Assembly: GCF_036321535.1 (NCBI RefSeq) | Contig: NC_087436.1 | Span: 107,820,001-107,884,000 of the forward strand | Source: Camelus dromedarius | Lineage: Eukaryota | Length of the DNA: 64,000 nucleotides | Direction: 5' to 3' | In this document: piece after piece, positions 63,871-64,000 of the stretch | How the letters are laid out: each line of letters starts with the position of its first letter | Position numbering within the stretch: position 1 is the first letter of the stretch | The notes under the pieces: generated by a model | Database searches by the model: none | What the model was told of the DNA's origin: nothing | The model's input: only the letters and a program-made list of their open reading frames with translations | Translations under genes and position numbers: made by a program

Positions 63871-64000
63871 TATCTTTCAGTGTTAGAAAGAAACTCATTT
63901 TTTCCCCAAACATGGCTTTGCAATGTCTAAATAGTATTAAAAACTCTGTTATTCAAGAAGGAATACTCCATGTTATGGGTTATCTCTTATTCACTACAAT

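Noticed and set aside
1..64000. CRISPR arrays, operons or other prokaryotic systems; host gene orientation from repeat strand bias
   Set aside because: The sequence is eutherian and has no repeat-spacer arrays. L1 and LTR orientations are mixed, so no transcription direction can be inferred.

Overview
This is AT-rich, repeat-dense mammalian genomic DNA, most likely from a camelid (camel/alpaca/llama). The assignment rests on three tRNA-Ala(AGC)-derived SINEs of the Vic-1 type and on lineage-type L1 3' ends. I can support no host protein-coding exon, real tRNA, rRNA or CRISPR array. The only recognisable ORFs are decayed L1 ORF1/ORF2 and ERV-L integrase/dUTPase remnants, so the window looks intergenic or deep-intronic. 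It is a mosaic of L1, L2, L3/CR1, MIR, MaLR/ERVL/ERV1 LTRs, hAT DNA transposons and microsatellites. Repeat subfamily names come from my recall of consensus sequences and were not checked by alignment. The most notable structure is a 3,064-bp minus-strand insertion (19398-22461) bounded by a perfect 17-bp target-site duplication (TSD) inside an old L2. It consists of a complete L1 5'UTR, a full-length but decayed ORF1, no sense ORF2 (only two antisense ORF2 scraps), an internal A21 tract, and about 500 bp of carried-along ancient L1MC 3'UTR. This reads as a 'half-L1' (HAL1-like) non-autonomous retroelement with a 3' transduction. Smaller oddities are a 27-bp L1 tail insertion with a perfect 14-bp TSD, a bare poly(A) insertion with a TSD, a ~107-bp local duplication placed inside a microsatellite, and SINE copies with unique segments inside their A-tails.
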